DNA of 61,858 nucleotides, counting the filler, from Sphacelaria rigidula (Eukaryota): the NCBI GenBank assembly GCA_964200075.2. It is 7 parts of 7 records of this genome, joined end to end, with 100 filler letters (N's around TTAATTAATTAA, not from the genome) between each part and the next. Parts side by side here need not be neighbours in the genome. Positions count along the whole stretch, not along the records: positions 53,109 to 61,858 come from CAXNAA020010195.1; 6 more parts are not named here. One strand, 5' to 3'. The first letter of the stretch is position 1, and every line of letters begins with the position of its first letter. Below, in pieces: positions 61,796 to 61,858 of this stretch. Under the pieces are notes generated by a model. That model had not been told where the DNA came from, made no database searches, and was given only the letters and a program-made list of their open reading frames with translations. The translations under genes and the position numbers were made by a program.

Positions 61796-61858
61796 GGGTG
61801 GTTTGGGTGTGTTTTTTTTTTTTTTTTGTTTGTTCATACCCCCTCTCCCTTTGTACGC

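Overview
This is eukaryotic nuclear DNA, most likely from a brown alga (Phaeophyceae, stramenopile). The inference rests on about 50% GC, long GT-AG introns, a bipartite secondary-plastid targeting peptide and a heavy load of short non-autonomous repeats. It is not one locus. Seven unrelated contigs of 8753, 8752, 8752, 8751, 8750, 8750 and 8750 bp, in descending length order, are joined by identical 100-bp N44-TTAATTAATTAA-N44 linkers, so neighbourhood across linkers is meaningless. Host genes reconstructed by hand from splice signals: last exon of a kynurenine-3-monooxygenase-like FAD monooxygenase; three exons of SWR1 subunit SWC6/ZNHIT1; a complete 5-exon plastid/thylakoid FKBP-type PPIase with a GC-AG intron; last exon of ECD/SGT1 (ecdysoneless); seven exons of a long coiled-coil protein; six exons of a disordered protein with a GOLD domain; and three exons of a membrane protein with an EF-hand. 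The rest is mobile DNA: a tRNA-derived SINE, a (CAA)n-tailed retroposon end, piggyBac-, hAT/P-, mariner- and Ginger-like MITEs, long foldbacks, palindromic minisatellites and a gypsy protease relic. The most interesting signals are a decayed AcademX-like transposon (XPG-type region plus Cys8 finger) filling much of contig 3 and a MITE whose two insertions share the same target hexamer. I see no CRISPR array, rRNA or intact tRNA gene, and no convincing new multi-gene system. All family assignments come from recalled motifs, not database searches.
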